From assembly GCA_001662655.1 (NCBI GenBank), contig KV460207.1: 64,000 nucleotides of DNA; one strand, written 5' to 3'. Every line of letters begins with the position of its first letter. Within the stretch, counting starts at the first letter, position 1. Shown in pieces: positions 12,150 to 24,224 of the stretch. The position numbers and the translations under genes were made by a program. The stretch is from Pseudogymnoascus verrucosus (lineage: Eukaryota). The notes beneath the pieces were generated by a model, which worked only from the letters and a program-made list of their open reading frames with translations, ran no database searches and had not been told where the DNA came from.

Positions 12150-12349
12150 TTGTCTTTCTCTGTTGAATATCGTCTCCCTAGATTACCTTATGTGGGGCAC
12201 GTAGTCTATTGGAGATGTACCTATCTTCAATATCACACCAGCCAGAGAAATCCCCCCCTGCCTAGGCTATAGCTCTCAGACGAAGTAGGAAGCCTATTTT
12301 AGATTCATATTCATACATAAAATCGGCAAAAGAAAAAAGATTATCAAAA

Positions 12350-12468
12350 ACATACAACAGTGGGTATTCGCTGGTGGTCACCCACCCAACTACTAATCCA
12401 CCGATCTCAAGCTTGTGTATGGCTGAGCGGACGGGATGCCCAATTCTCTTGAGTCTATGGTCGTATGT
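12350..12468 (-). rRNA. Dispersed 5S rRNA gene (119 nt)
   Basis: Minus strand reads ACATACGACCATAG...CATCCCGTCCGCTC...TTAGTAGTTGGGTGGGTGACCACCAGCGAATACCCACTGTTGTATGT. Ends pair (helix I). T-runs follow (Pol III terminator). Confidence 0.96.
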
Positions 12469-12999
12469 GAAAGATGTATATGTGGTCTGGATTAAGTACT
12501 ATTCTTTGGAATGTAAACCCTCGTTCATTGAGAATCAGTTTTGAATTATAATTGCTATGAATTCTGACTACGGTTCGTCTGCGGCCCGTTCATGCTACAA
12601 CCTTCGCCACTTTCACTTCAGCTGCCTTGTCTTCTGGCTTGAGCGCCTTTCGTTTCTCTGAGGCTTATTTTGGTGGTCGGTGTGGTATATGGGCGCGCTT
12701 ATCAAATGTGGCACCGATAAGGTTTGGGTGGCGGCGCTTAAACCGGTAGTATTTCGCCGGATCCCAGCTATTTCAGCCTTGTCCCCAACGACCATAGCTT
12801 CATAATTACCACCCTTCATTCTTTCCACCCCTCTTCACATTTCAATTACATATCCACCGAAAGATATACTATTTATTGTTCATTTTGGTAACTCTTGGCT
12901 ACTACACGGAACGAGATCGCATATTAGCACCTATCAGAGCATCTGCGACCACTGGCTACCTGCAGCTGAAGCAAGGCCACCAGCTTGTCGCACATCACA

Positions 13000-14442
13000 A
13001 TGGCCACGGATATGGATATCGACATGGGCCTTGATATGGACATCGGGCAGGAATACTCGAACCTTGACATCGAACAAGTATGGAATGCCACATCCACCCG
13101 AGACTGACGTCAAGCCATGGAATTTCACGCTGACATGTGCCAGGACACCCAAGGTTTCAACCAGATTGAACTTCACCCCGACCTCAGCGCTGCGCCCATA
13201 TCAACCGACCCGACAGATTCAGATTTGGCGGTGGTTACCCCGCATAAAATACACCTGCGCGGCTTGGATGACCTCACCACGAAGGACATCAAATCATTCG
13301 CGGAGGAGTACTCCGCCGGCCAGCCTCTCGAGAGGGTTGAATGGATTGATGATACCTCCGCAAATATAATCTACCAATCAGCCGAAGCCGCATCGGCCGC
13401 TCTTCAGGCTTTCGTTGCCACAGACCAGCTTCCGGCAGCTCATTCGACACTGGACATGCTCGCGGCCAAGCCATTTCCAAATTTTCCCAACACGCGCTTG
13501 ATGGTCAGACTGGCGGTTGAAGGTGACAAGAAGCAACCAGGCGCACGGGAGCGAAGCCGATTTTACCTCCTCAACCCAGAACATGAACCCCAAGAGCGCC
13601 GTCCAAGAGATGACCGTGGCAGGAGAGACGATGGAAGGAACCGATCTCGTCGCGACAACTACAGACGCAGAGATTACGATGACAGGGAGCCACGGAGGCG
13701 CAACGATGACTTCGATGCAAGCATGTACGATGATGAACCTTCGCCACCTCGGGGCTCAAGGGAACCCGAATCGGAGTCTGGCACCACATCTTCTGGCTAC
13801 AGGAGCCAGCGGAGCCAAAGGGTGCGGTTTGCAGGTGTTGGAAAGGAGCTGTTCCCAGAGAAGATCAGCTCAAGAAGCAACGGAAGGCTGCGCAATCGCA
13901 GTGCGTCTCCGATGCGCGATAACGAAGGGGATCTGATACTTGACGCGAGACCTGCTGGCGGGCGTGATGGCCGTGCTCGAAGTGCCAACGATGGCGGCGC
14001 GAATCGTCGCAAGGCGCAGCTCATCAAGGAGAGACTCAGGGCATCTGCATCTGATCCACTGGAGCTGTTTCCTCGAAAAGCTGGTTCGAGGGCTGGTGGA
14101 AATAACGCAGCCGATTCCACAGCTGATCTCTTTGCACACAAGCTTCGAATTCCCATGTTGGATGGCGCCAGCGACAGGCCATCAGGAAAACCAGACTTGA
14201 TGTCCAGGATATCGAGGCCCGGTGCGTCTGATGCCGATACCCAGGCGAGCTTCAAAATCAAGGGCACGGCGAGGCAGCCAGTTCAGGAGGGGTTTTCGAT
14301 CAAGGGCATGGCGGCGTCAGGGCAGGAGCACAGGGAGCTCTTCCCGGGGAAGACGGGTGGGAATGCGGGGAAGGAGTTGTTTGCGGATAGGTTGGAGGGG
14401 CGAGGTGGGAGGAGGCAGAGGGCGGAGGATACATTCCGTTGA
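13000..14442 (+). CDS. Nuclear cap-binding protein subunit 3 (NCBP3/DUF2414)-like RRM protein
   Basis: KIHLRGLDDLTTKDIK...RVEWIDDTSANIIY...RLAVEGDKKQPGARERSRFYL. Acidic MDIDM N-terminus. Intron 13078-13143. Confidence 0.85.
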
Positions 14443-14932
14443 AGCGTTGAGAGGCGCCGCGTGCTGGGAGAGAGTATTTTTATTATGGCCACATGGCTCG
14501 GCATGGGTGGTGGAAGGTTGATATATACCCAATAGCACAAACAACACTACTCTGAACACTGAACCCATTAGATAGTGCCTGATTTCAACATCGATCGTGT
14601 ATGTGATTCTAAGAGCATCTTGAGGGCTTTCTTGCCAAAGTAGGACCTACATGTGGAGGTTTGTCGTATAATACAGACCCTGGGTTACAATAGCAAATGC
14701 TTGAGATAATGACGACCTTTAGGATGGTAGAGTGTGTTGATTAAATCTCTATGAGATGCATCTAAATGTAGTATGCAGAACCAGAAGTTGTTTTCACAGA
14801 AAGTAAATAGAACCGGACAATGCGCTGGCTATGATATGGTATATGGTGAACTGCGCCCGTGAGGAACTTCGAGTCAAGTCAAAACCATGTAGCTTTGTGC
14901 GAGGCTTAGAGTTGTTTTTAGCCTTACTTCAG

Positions 14933-15040
14933 AAAATCCTTGATAAGAAGGAGCAACCCATGGGAGTCTAGAAACCCTCGCTGGGAAGGAGCAACCTTGG
15001 AAGTCTAAAAATCCTTGATAGGAAGGAGCAACCTAGGGGA
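14933..15040 (+). repeat. Degenerate tandem repeat, ~3 x 37-38 bp
   Basis: Core gaaggagcaacc occurs three times, with aaaatccttgata/gaaaccctcgctg and gagtcta/aagtcta flanks. Confidence 0.8.
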
Positions 15041-15321
15041 GCTTATGATATAACGCGGACCTTAAAATTATCAAGATATAATGGTGTCAAACTACCTTCA
15101 ATGTAAAAGTTGACCTTCTTGAAAATCATCCCATTGCTCTGCTAAGTATGCGTGTAATTACTCACTGCAGTATGGGGTGTATAGCAACCCAACTAAATGG
15201 GGGTGAATACTCACAACACCCACAACCTCATCATCAACAACCTCCAAAAGTTGCAAAACAACACACACCACCATTCTATGAATACTACAACATCACGAAT
15301 AACATTCACATCGACATAAAA

Positions 15322-16673
15322 ATGGTCGGGCATTTCCAATTTCCCCCATGGGGTTCACCATTTCTGGATGCAGGCCACACAAACACACCCTCCTCATCCT
15401 GGCATTCTGAGCGTGGACTAAGCCCGCACATGAGAGAGCTTGACCACACCGTGCACAACCCAACCGCAGACCAGCTCGCGGAAACACTCAAAGTAATCAT
15501 GATGACGAATGGAGCCCGCGAGCCTCTCCCAGCAGAGTACAACTCATGTATCATGCAGGTGCTCGAGGGGTATAGCACCCATCGCCTTGAACTCCAGACG
15601 AAGATAAAGGAGCTTGAGGAGGCGAAGAAGGAGAAAGAGGAGACAGCTACGGAGCTTTGGCAGAAGACGCTGGAGTGGAAGGAAGAAGAGAGTCGGTACA
15701 AGACGGAACTTAAGAAGTTGGAGGTTATACTGGCTAAGACGCCACGGGGTATGGAGCTGGTGGCCATGGCGAGGTCGCAGAGTGTTGTACGCAGAAACAA
15801 AAAGAAGGCCGAGGTGAAGAAAGCGGCAGACAAGGGACAAGTGAACAAACTAGATGGCGAGTATGTTCCGAGACGTCTAAGACCAGGTGAGTGAACAAAG
15901 CCGGATTCACATCGATAGAATCTTGGAACCTCGAAACTAACAATACTCCAACAGGCTTCAATATTTTATTGCCTAACTATGCAGAGAAGAAAGATGCTGC
16001 CACAACCAAGTCATTCATGCCACACTACCGTCAAAACTCTCTCTCCATGGGATTTGGTTCCGTGTCCCTGCCAAGGCCACAACTGGAAGAAGTCGAAGAA
16101 CCTACAAAGGAAAAGGGGAAAAGGTCGATGCTGGGAAAACTCACCCATGCCGGAAAGAAGAGCGCACTTCGCCTTTTCCACGGTGGTCATTCACCCAAGA
16201 AAACCTCTGAGGAGTCCGCCGACAAGTCGCCGAAGAAGTCACCCAAGAAGTCTTCGCCCAAAAAGAAAAAGAACGAAGACATCGCGCCACACAACTACGA
16301 GGATCAGATGCGTATCAGTGACTTCAACCTTCACCAAAATGCCATACACAGCACTCGGAGCCTCTGGGGACACTTTGGCCGTAGCCCGAACGTTAACCTA
16401 GCATCCAAGGATGCTGAGGTTGCTCGAAGCGCCCCTACTGGTCCACCGAAGCTGAAATCGCCAAAGAAACTGAAACACAAAGCCAGTCTATTTGACTTCG
16501 AGAAATCACCAAGGAAACTAAAGCACAAAGTCAGTGCCATTGATCTCGAGAAATCACCAAGAAAACTGAAGAACAAAGCCAGTGCGATTGACATTGAGAC
16601 GGCAGCTGCCGCAGCCAGGGCAGCCACGAGAAGAACGGCATGGCTATTGCCAGAGGACGACGAGAGTAACTAG
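15322..16673 (+). CDS. Hypothetical coiled-coil protein with basic SP-rich repeat tail
   Basis: Intron 15887-15954 (GTGAGT...ACTAAC...CAG) joins the two long ORFs in frame. Heptad region about LELQTK-LAKT. Three 16-aa repeats near the C-terminus. Confidence 0.7.
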
Positions 16674-17700
16674 GACTATGCTTAATCAGATGTGGAGAGG
16701 GAGAGATGTTGAAGTACTGTACGAAATATACCCAGGATGGAGGGGGCTGAGGATGATGCAGGTAGAGACGATATCCAAGCAGCTTGACAAAAGGGAATGA
16801 ACCAAACATGAGGGGCTACCAATACCAAAATTTGCTGACGGATGTTGCCTTTAATATACGAATATGATGATTGACGCCGCACGTTGGATGCAACTATGGC
16901 ATCTTCCGATTTTTCGGCGATATCCCATGTGATGAGCTGTAAAGCAACAACTGTCTCGATGTTTTTAACTTCCTTATTCCCTTTCCATATCTTGGCTACT
17001 ATACTATCCTTACCCTACAAATGACGGCGTCGCGGGGTAATCCGTCTCATATTCAGAGTAGGTTAGAGTAAGTCAGATCTGGGGGTGCATTGTAACCGCC
17101 GATCATTCTATATTAATTCTCTTGGCTTGAACGACTTTCTTCACCAAGGGGACTCGTCACCAATTAAGCAGCTTGTATTTGAGTCGTTTCACGGCTATCT
17201 GCAAAAATTATACCTTTGTAGGTTGGATTCGGTGAATTCTTTGGTTTCCAGTCGTGGTCGGTTTGTGCTTGTAGCTGGCTGTGCTACTTTTTCCAACGTC
17301 CGTTTGTAAGGATCGCCTGGGCTCAACCCCATCAGTCTTTGGGCCAGCTAGCAGCCTATATTGCAGCATATTTCTCCATCGCGCACTTAATCTACCCATT
17401 ACCGCTCTGGGATTTCCCTTAATCTATTCTGATATTAAGTTTTAAAACTGCCGATCTTTGCAACTTGGCGGACGGCAGTCTGCCGCCCCTTGCGTATGCT
17501 TGGCCTCACCGTGATCGTCCATTCATTCTAAGAGGTGGAAAATGTCTCGAATCGAGGACGCATATACGAAGAAAAATAGAGGCTCAAAGAGATGGATTTA
17601 ACTATAAAACTAAGACAAGCGTCCGCATTGAGTCTGCTAAATCACACTCTTCCTGTCATCGCGTCCAAGATACCCTTTTAGATACCCCTTACTCGCCAAC

Positions 17701-18807
17701 ATGTTCAACTACGCTGCATTGGCCCTCCTCCCAGTGGCCTTAGGCTATGTCACACCTCTCTCGAGCCGAGCTGGCTGTACAGCCCCCGTTGATGGGCTCG
17801 TCGGTTATGCCGCTGGCGTAACAGGAGGTGGTAGCGGCAGCGGAACCACAGTTACCTCCTGCTCTGAGCTCACCTCTGCCATTGAAGGTGGCGGTGTTAT
17901 TACGATTGATGGGATTCTATCTGATTGCGGCATTTTCAAAGTACCAAGCGACACGACAATCATTGGAGTCGGTGCTGACTCTGGTAAGTTTGTACCTATA
18001 GCTTTATGCTTATTGTTGCTCATTTATAAACAGGTTTGACTGGTGGTGGCTTCATTTTGAAGAAAGTCTCCAACGTCATCCTCCGCAACCTAAAGCTGCA
18101 CAACCCTCCTGAGAGCGACGATCTGATTGCTCTTAACCTCGCCACTAAGGTCTGGATTGATCACTTGGATTTGTCTACTGACGGCCTCACTGGCTCCAAG
18201 GACTTTTATGATGGCCTCTTGGATATCACCCACGCGAGCGACGACGTCACCGTATCATGGACTAAGTTCCATGACCACGTCCGTCCAACCCACCTATAGA
18301 CAGTATTAGCTGCTAACTCATTCAATAGTGGAAAGGATCTCTCGTTGGCCACTCCGACAACAATGCCGCTGAGGACACCGGCTACCTCAAAGTCACCTAC
18401 CACCACAACCACTTCTCCAACGTCAACTCTCGCCTGCCATCCATCCGATTCGGCACCGGACACATCTACAGCTCCTGCTTCGAGGACTGTCCAACCTCCG
18501 GAATCAACTCCCGCATGGGTGCCCAAGTTCTTGTTGAGCAGAGCAGCTTCGTCAACGTTGGCCTTGCCATCACGACGAACCTGGATAGCGACGAGCCTGG
18601 CAATGCCGTTTCAACCGATAACCTCTTTGAGAACAGCCCGACGGATATCACCCAGGAAGGCTCTCTCACGCCACCTTACGACTACGTGTAAGTTTATCCA
18701 TGTCTTGCGATTGGATTATTCAGCTGACAGGGCCATTTAGTCTTGATGACGCTTCGTGCATTTGTGATTACGTGAAGGCTCAGGCCGGCACTGGCATTGT
18801 TAACTAA
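17701..18807 (+). CDS. Secreted pectate lyase (PL1)
   Basis: Signal peptide, VTGGGSG, NVILRNL, VWIDH, YDGLLDITH, WKGSLVGHSD and NVNSRLPSIRFG motifs. Three introns. Confidence 0.93.
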
Positions 18808-18861
18808 GCATCGTTTTAGAAGTATATTAGAATATGCCTTTTGCAGTGCAGCAATGAAATA

Positions 18862-20474
18862 TTAGTTATCTATACGTATAAACCAAATCTTGTTGCTCTC
18901 CATTCTTGGTTCCAGCTCTATACCAAACTTGCCTGCCGTGCCGTCCACGGAGACGTAAAATTCAGCCCTTACAACTTGTACATCTCTGTCATCTCTGTGC
19001 TTTACGTGTAAGTAAGCCATCCAGAATTCCCCAGAAACATGCTTCAGCTTGACTTCCATGGCAATTTCTTGGTCAGTCCTGTCTGCAATTAGGCGCTCTC
19101 CGTCAGCAACGAAGTTCATGGCTCCATAACCCGGATGCGAATAGGACCCGGCATATTTGTCCAGCGGCAAGGATGGAGGCGTCAGTTTAACAGGGACAGA
19201 TGGATACAGTCGCTCTCTGGCCTTTGCGAAGGCTTCACGTCGTTCAGCCACCACCTTTTTCCACCTAGCGTTCCAATCGACCCGTTCATCCAGCGGTGTT
19301 CCCAGCAGCTGATCCAATAACCTGAAATAAAGCACCATCTGCACATAATTACTCGCCTTCGACGTATTCCCCATCATCACAAACCCCCACTGCCTCTCTG
19401 GCAAAAACGCCATCACGGATCCAAATCCCGTCCACCCCCCCGAGTGCCAAATAATCCTCTCTCCCCTATACGTGTCCACAAACCAGCCCAGAGCGTACAA
19501 ATTTGGTGCTTTAAACGGGTTGTTCCCGGGAATCGGAATAACCATGCGAGGTGTCACTACAGACGCATGTCCGGCCGCGCTGAGCGGCGCAGAGCGAGTC
19601 ATCATGCATCTCAGCCACTTTGCGTAGTCGAGGACGTTGCTGATGATTGCTCCCGACCCGGATACAGCGGGGAAGTCAGGTAATTCCTCATCCACAAATT
19701 GTTCAGCTGCTGCATCCCATGCATAACCCCTTGCAAGCTTTGCATCTCCTCTCTTTTCAGCAGCAAGTGCATCGTCCAGAGTCCAATAAGTCTTTGACAT
19801 CCCCAGCGGATCCCATATCCGATCTTTGAGGAAGCAGCCCATATTTTGGCCTGTCCTCGTCTCTAGAACATGTGAAATCGTCGAGTAAATCATGTTATTG
19901 TACATGAACTCTTCTCGCAGCTCAGACGTCATCGGGAGATGCCGCATGTTTCGCACCATTCCAGCGACGTTTGTGGTCTTGGGCCCGAAGCTGTTTTCAT
20001 GGTCTGGCAGCCCAGTACGGTGGCATAATGCGTCTTCTATCGTTGCGTGAGCTGTCGCATACAAATCGGGTAGCACAAAGTCTTCTGGAATAAGGGAGGC
20101 TATGCGAGTTTTCCAGGTGAGCGGCTCGTTCTGGGAAGCTGGGCTGGATTGACCTGTCGTAGCACGTGCGTTTGTATCGTCGTCGATGAGTAGTGATATC
20201 GCTGCCGATGTGAATGATTTTGTTGTGCTGGCAGTAAAGAAAAGTGTTTCTGGCGTGACTGGTTCGCTCGGAAAAGATGCAATGCCATATCCCTGGACTA
20301 ATTAGTATTATAATCTTGAGAGACGACTGAGCGGCCTACCTTGGCAAAAATTTGATCACCATCTATGACTGCGACTGACACCCCTGGAACGTGCCATTCT
20401 TCGAGTAGTTCCCTCGCAAACGCATCGAATGTTTCATCGAGCGGAGTTTGAGTATCATTGCGAACTGTCACCAT
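18862..20474 (-). CDS. Beta-lactamase/transpeptidase-family serine hydrolase with C-terminal DUF3471-type domain
   Basis: WHVPGVSVAV, SxxK (STTK), HRTGLP, YxN (YNN), HSG triad, YAGSYSHPGYG. One intron after AK, then in frame with the 404-aa ORF. Confidence 0.9.
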
Positions 20475-21255
20475 TTTTGTGAAGCTAAAACCCAGTTCCT
20501 GTATAATCTTGGCTCTTTGCTCTTGATCGATTTTCTATTTAGAGCATCTCAATTTTGCGCCTTAAACGTATTCTTCAACAAAACCCATTCCAAGGAAGCA
20601 ATAACAGGATTTAAACATCTTCCAGGCACCGACCCAAATCGAGCGCCGCGTAAGCACTTGTTATCGTGAACGCGTAGTTGATGGATGAGATTCTAACGGT
20701 TCCTGAAGCTCCAACTGGTCCGTGCATTCTCACCCCGCATTCCGGATCTACCCCTCCTCCCCTCACGTCACGACCCCAATTGCACCCTCACGTTATCTCC
20801 AATATGACAAAAGATGGAACCTCCCATATTGATTTTTCAACAAAATGATGCTTCCTACATGCTACCCAACAAGGACCCCGAAAAGGGGGTAATCTATCCC
20901 GCCCTCTCACTCCCCGCTCCATCTTACCCCAACCAAACAAGCAAATATTGGCACTAATGTAGGTAGTCCCCTTTTCTTGGCGAAAACTCGTGACACTAGG
21001 GCTAGTGAGATATGCGCCAGCTTCGGGCAGTGGACTCCGGACTCCGCCTTTCGCCGTTGACAAGGTTATCACTCTTGTCTCCATTGTTCGGGGAGCGTCT
21101 GCGTCTCATTTATTGCTTATATTCCTCTTATATACAGTCCCTACAATCTTTACCTCTCCATCCCTCCTTCAACCCTCAATCAATCAAACCCAGAAAGAAA
21201 GAAAAAAAACCCACCACCACCACACGCAAAAACCAAACTTCAAACCTCACCCACA

Positions 21256-21987
21256 ATGCCTCACAACATCCCCCCCCCCTCCCCCCTCCTCCTCACCCTC
21301 ACCCCCCTCACCCAATCCACCTTCCACCCCTACGGCTCCGTCCTCTCCAACCCCAACCCGAACGTCACCCCCTCCTCCTCCTCCCCCCCCCCTCCCGGCG
21401 CCATATCCGCAAACCAAGGCTCCGCCCTCAAATACCCCGACATAACCCCCCTCACCGACCTCTACGCCTCCGCCCCCAGCGGCCGCCCCTCACGCGCCAC
21501 AATCAGCATGTTCGTCTGCGCTCCCCGAGCCCTCTCCCCCCCAACCAGCACCAGCGGCGGTCTCCCCACCTTCCCCGTTGAGATCCTCGAACGTCACCCC
21601 TTCACCACCCAGACCTTCGTCCCACTAGGTCTCTCCGCCTCCTCCGCCGACGTCCGCTACCTCGTCATCGTCGCGCCCAACCTCGCCCCCTCCGCGGGCG
21701 GACTGGCGGCCGCTGACCCCGCGGCCCGGTTACCGGGGAAGAACTTACCGGATCTGGGGAAGATGCAGGCGTTTATAGCGAGGGGGGATCAGGGGGTTAC
21801 GTATGCACCGGGGACGTGGCATGCGCCGATGGTGGTGGTGGGGGAGAAGGTGGGGTTTGTGGTTGCGCAGTTTGTGAATGCGGTGGGGGAGGAGGATTGT
21901 CAGGAGGTTGTGTGGAATAGGGAGGGCGATGGGGGGGAGGCGGTGATTAGGGTCGCGGTGCCGGGGGTGGGGGGGAGTAGGTTGTAA
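21256..21987 (+). CDS. DAL3: Ureidoglycolate lyase (DAL3/UglA family)
   Basis: PLT...F.PYG, ANQGSA, LERHPFTTQTF and QGVTY.PGTWHAPM motifs. Ends in SRL (PTS1). Confidence 0.92.
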   Translation: MPHNIPPPSPLLLTLTPLTQSTFHPYGSVLSNPNPNVTPSSSSPPPPGAISANQGSALKYPDITPLTDLYASAPSGRPSRATISMFVCAPRALSPPTSTSGGLPTFPVEILERHPFTTQTFVPLGLSASSADVRYLVIVAPNLAPSAGGLAAADPAARLPGKNLPDLGKMQAFIARGDQGVTYAPGTWHAPMVVVGEKVGFVVAQFVNAVGEEDCQEVVWNREGDGGEAVIRVAVPGVGGSRL

Positions 21988-23255
21988 GCTGGGGGCGGGG
22001 GGGGAAGGTAGTTGGAGTGGCGGGCGTTGAGTTGGTGAGCGAGTTGTTGTATATTACCTCTCGACCACAGACGTCTATCACAATTAGTGGCCGCAGCGCA
22101 GCGCAGCATTAGATCCGCAGATCCAACCATCACCGCTAGCCAAATCATCATGTATATAACAATCCAATCCAATACTATCTAACTCCAACGCACACCTCAC
22201 GTACCACCAACCACTCACCGCACCCCCCTCCCACCAACCCGGCCACCGCGTGTTAAAAAGGTTATCCCCCATCCCGTGTCAGCCTGCAGCCTACCGCGCT
22301 CCCCTCCGCGTGAGTGGCCTGTCCCGAACCGGTCGTGTAACCCCGGAGGCACGCCTTGTCACATTGCGGTGGGGAAGGATTCGGGCGGTTGGTTGGGTGG
22401 AGTGTGGTTTTCCCGATTCCTGGGCGACTGGTGTGTGTGGTGTGTGTGTGGTGTGCGTGGTGGTGGTGTGGTGTTTGACTGTTTTGGGAACGTTGAGAAT
22501 GGATAGGCGGTGTTGGCCGTGGAGATGTGGATATTTTTTGGGGAGAGGTTGTCTCAGTACCCCTCATCTGTTTTTTTGGGGGAAAAGAAAGCATGGTGGT
22601 TTTAATTAGATTTTTTGTTTCGTCTATCCCGTGTGTCGGAAGTAGCCGCTCTGCGCTGTGCAGGGAAAAGGAATGTATGTTGTATGTCTTACTGAGTGAG
22701 ACTGGAGATATCCGTGAAGTGGAGATTTGGTATGTGTGATCGAGCCGTCTTTTGCCTGGTGACTGCGACAACGGAGAGACATGTTAGGCAGCTATCGATC
22801 TCCACGTGGAACAAACCATGTGGGTGGATATTCACATCGGATTATACAGGACAGCTGGAGGGAGATGAAAGTAATCGTTCTTCAAACAGACATATATTAA
22901 TTAATTATATAGTAAGACGTTAACACGTTATTTCAACATCCATCTCCTCCATAATCCGCAAATCCACAATAAGTAATCCCTGGGTATCTATCCATCCATC
23001 ATAAAAAGTCCAACCACAAAAAAACATAAACAACGCCGTCACGCCGCGCTTAGTATCAAGGTTGGCGTGCATCTTGGATCCCGAGATCCAGTAAATACGG
23101 CACAAAACATATACCCATCCCATCCTAGATGCCCTTCCTTCTATATTCCCTTCCCACGTAAATGCAGATGATATCTCCCTTCTCCGCCAGGGAGAAATGA
23201 ATAGCGCCTAAAAGCAGCCTTCTGCAAACTCCTGATTTCCCAACTGATATCTTTC

Positions 23256-24224
23256 CTAACCAAGCACTGAAGCAATATTCATACGGTTCGCAGGACTCTC
23301 AGGCGTCCTGACTGCAAGCCTCGACAGCGACTGTATCGGTGGTAGCTGCACCGATGCCACCGGACGCTCTTGCATCCGCGGCTGCGCATCCGAGTAACTC
23401 GGTCTGTACTCGGACTGCTGCGGCGCACTATCGTACCACCTGTTCACCTGCGGCGCATACGGCGCTGGGTGACTGGGGCGGTGTGCGAATTTCGTCTCCT
23501 GCGCGTAGCGTGACGAGAAAGAGTGGTTCTGGGCGTCTGATTCCGAGTTGTAGCTGGATGATGGGAAATGCAGCAAAGGAAGACTCTGTCTTCTGTCGTC
23601 GGAGTGGCCTGCTAGCGGTGGGAGCGAGATGATAGGAGATGGCTGGCCGCGGGGAGAAGTAGAGTGACGAGATCCAGAGTCCGAGACGAGAGAGGGCGGG
23701 TTGCTGACTGATTCCGCACGGGAGGCTTCAGATACTACCGGAGAAGGGAGGGACTGATCGATGTGCCTCCGTCCCGAGGAGTAAGGCGAAGTAATGGTGA
23801 GAGGCTGATGATGACCCGAGTGTCGCGAGTACGACTCCATCTCCTGCGCCTCCTCATAATCCTCCTGCGCGCGTGACGACGTCCTCCTCCTCACTACCAA
23901 GCGGCGCCTGCGGTTCATACTCCCATTCCACCAGTTCTTAACAGCGTTATCGCTGCGGCCATGCAGCCGCCTCGCGATCTCAGCCCAGCGCTTGCCAATC
24001 TCAGATACGAGGCGCTCGATGAGGACGCCTTCGTCAGGGCTAATCGGCTCGTGGTTCAGGGTGGGCTTGAGGTTTTGGTGGTAGCGCTCGCGACACTGTT
24101 TGGGGGAGCGCGAGTTGATGAGGGAGGCGATGCGGACCCAGTTGAGGGGGCCTTGGGTGTGAACGAGTTGGGTGAGGTAGGCGTCTTCGGCTTGGGACCA
24201 GGGCCCGCGTCGGTGGGACGTCAT
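23256..24224 (-). CDS. flbD: Two-repeat Myb transcription factor, FlbD/RCA-1 type
   Basis: HRRGPWSQ.ED..L..LV..QGP.NWVRI....SRSPKQCRERYHQNLKP.LNHEPI...GKRWAEIARRL.GRSDNAVKNWWNGSMNRRRR. C-terminal RMNIASVL. Confidence 0.9.
   Translation of the reverse strand: MTSHRRGPWSQAEDAYLTQLVHTQGPLNWVRIASLINSRSPKQCRERYHQNLKPTLNHEPISPDEGVLIERLVSEIGKRWAEIARRLHGRSDNAVKNWWNGSMNRRRRLVVRRRTSSRAQEDYEEAQEMESYSRHSGHHQPLTITSPYSSGRRHIDQSLPSPVVSEASRAESVSNPPSLVSDSGSRHSTSPRGQPSPIISLPPLAGHSDDRRQSLPLLHFPSSSYNSESDAQNHSFSSRYAQETKFAHRPSHPAPYAPQVNRWYDSAPQQSEYRPSYSDAQPRMQERPVASVQLPPIQSLSRLAVRTPESPANRMNIASVLG

Noticed and set aside
12560..12600. tRNA-like words (CTGACTACG, GGTTCG)
   Set aside because: No cloverleaf, acceptor stem or A/B box spacing.
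12021..15040. Tandem repeats at 12021-12084 and 14933-15040 as CRISPR arrays
   Set aside because: No unique spacers, no cas genes, eukaryotic context.
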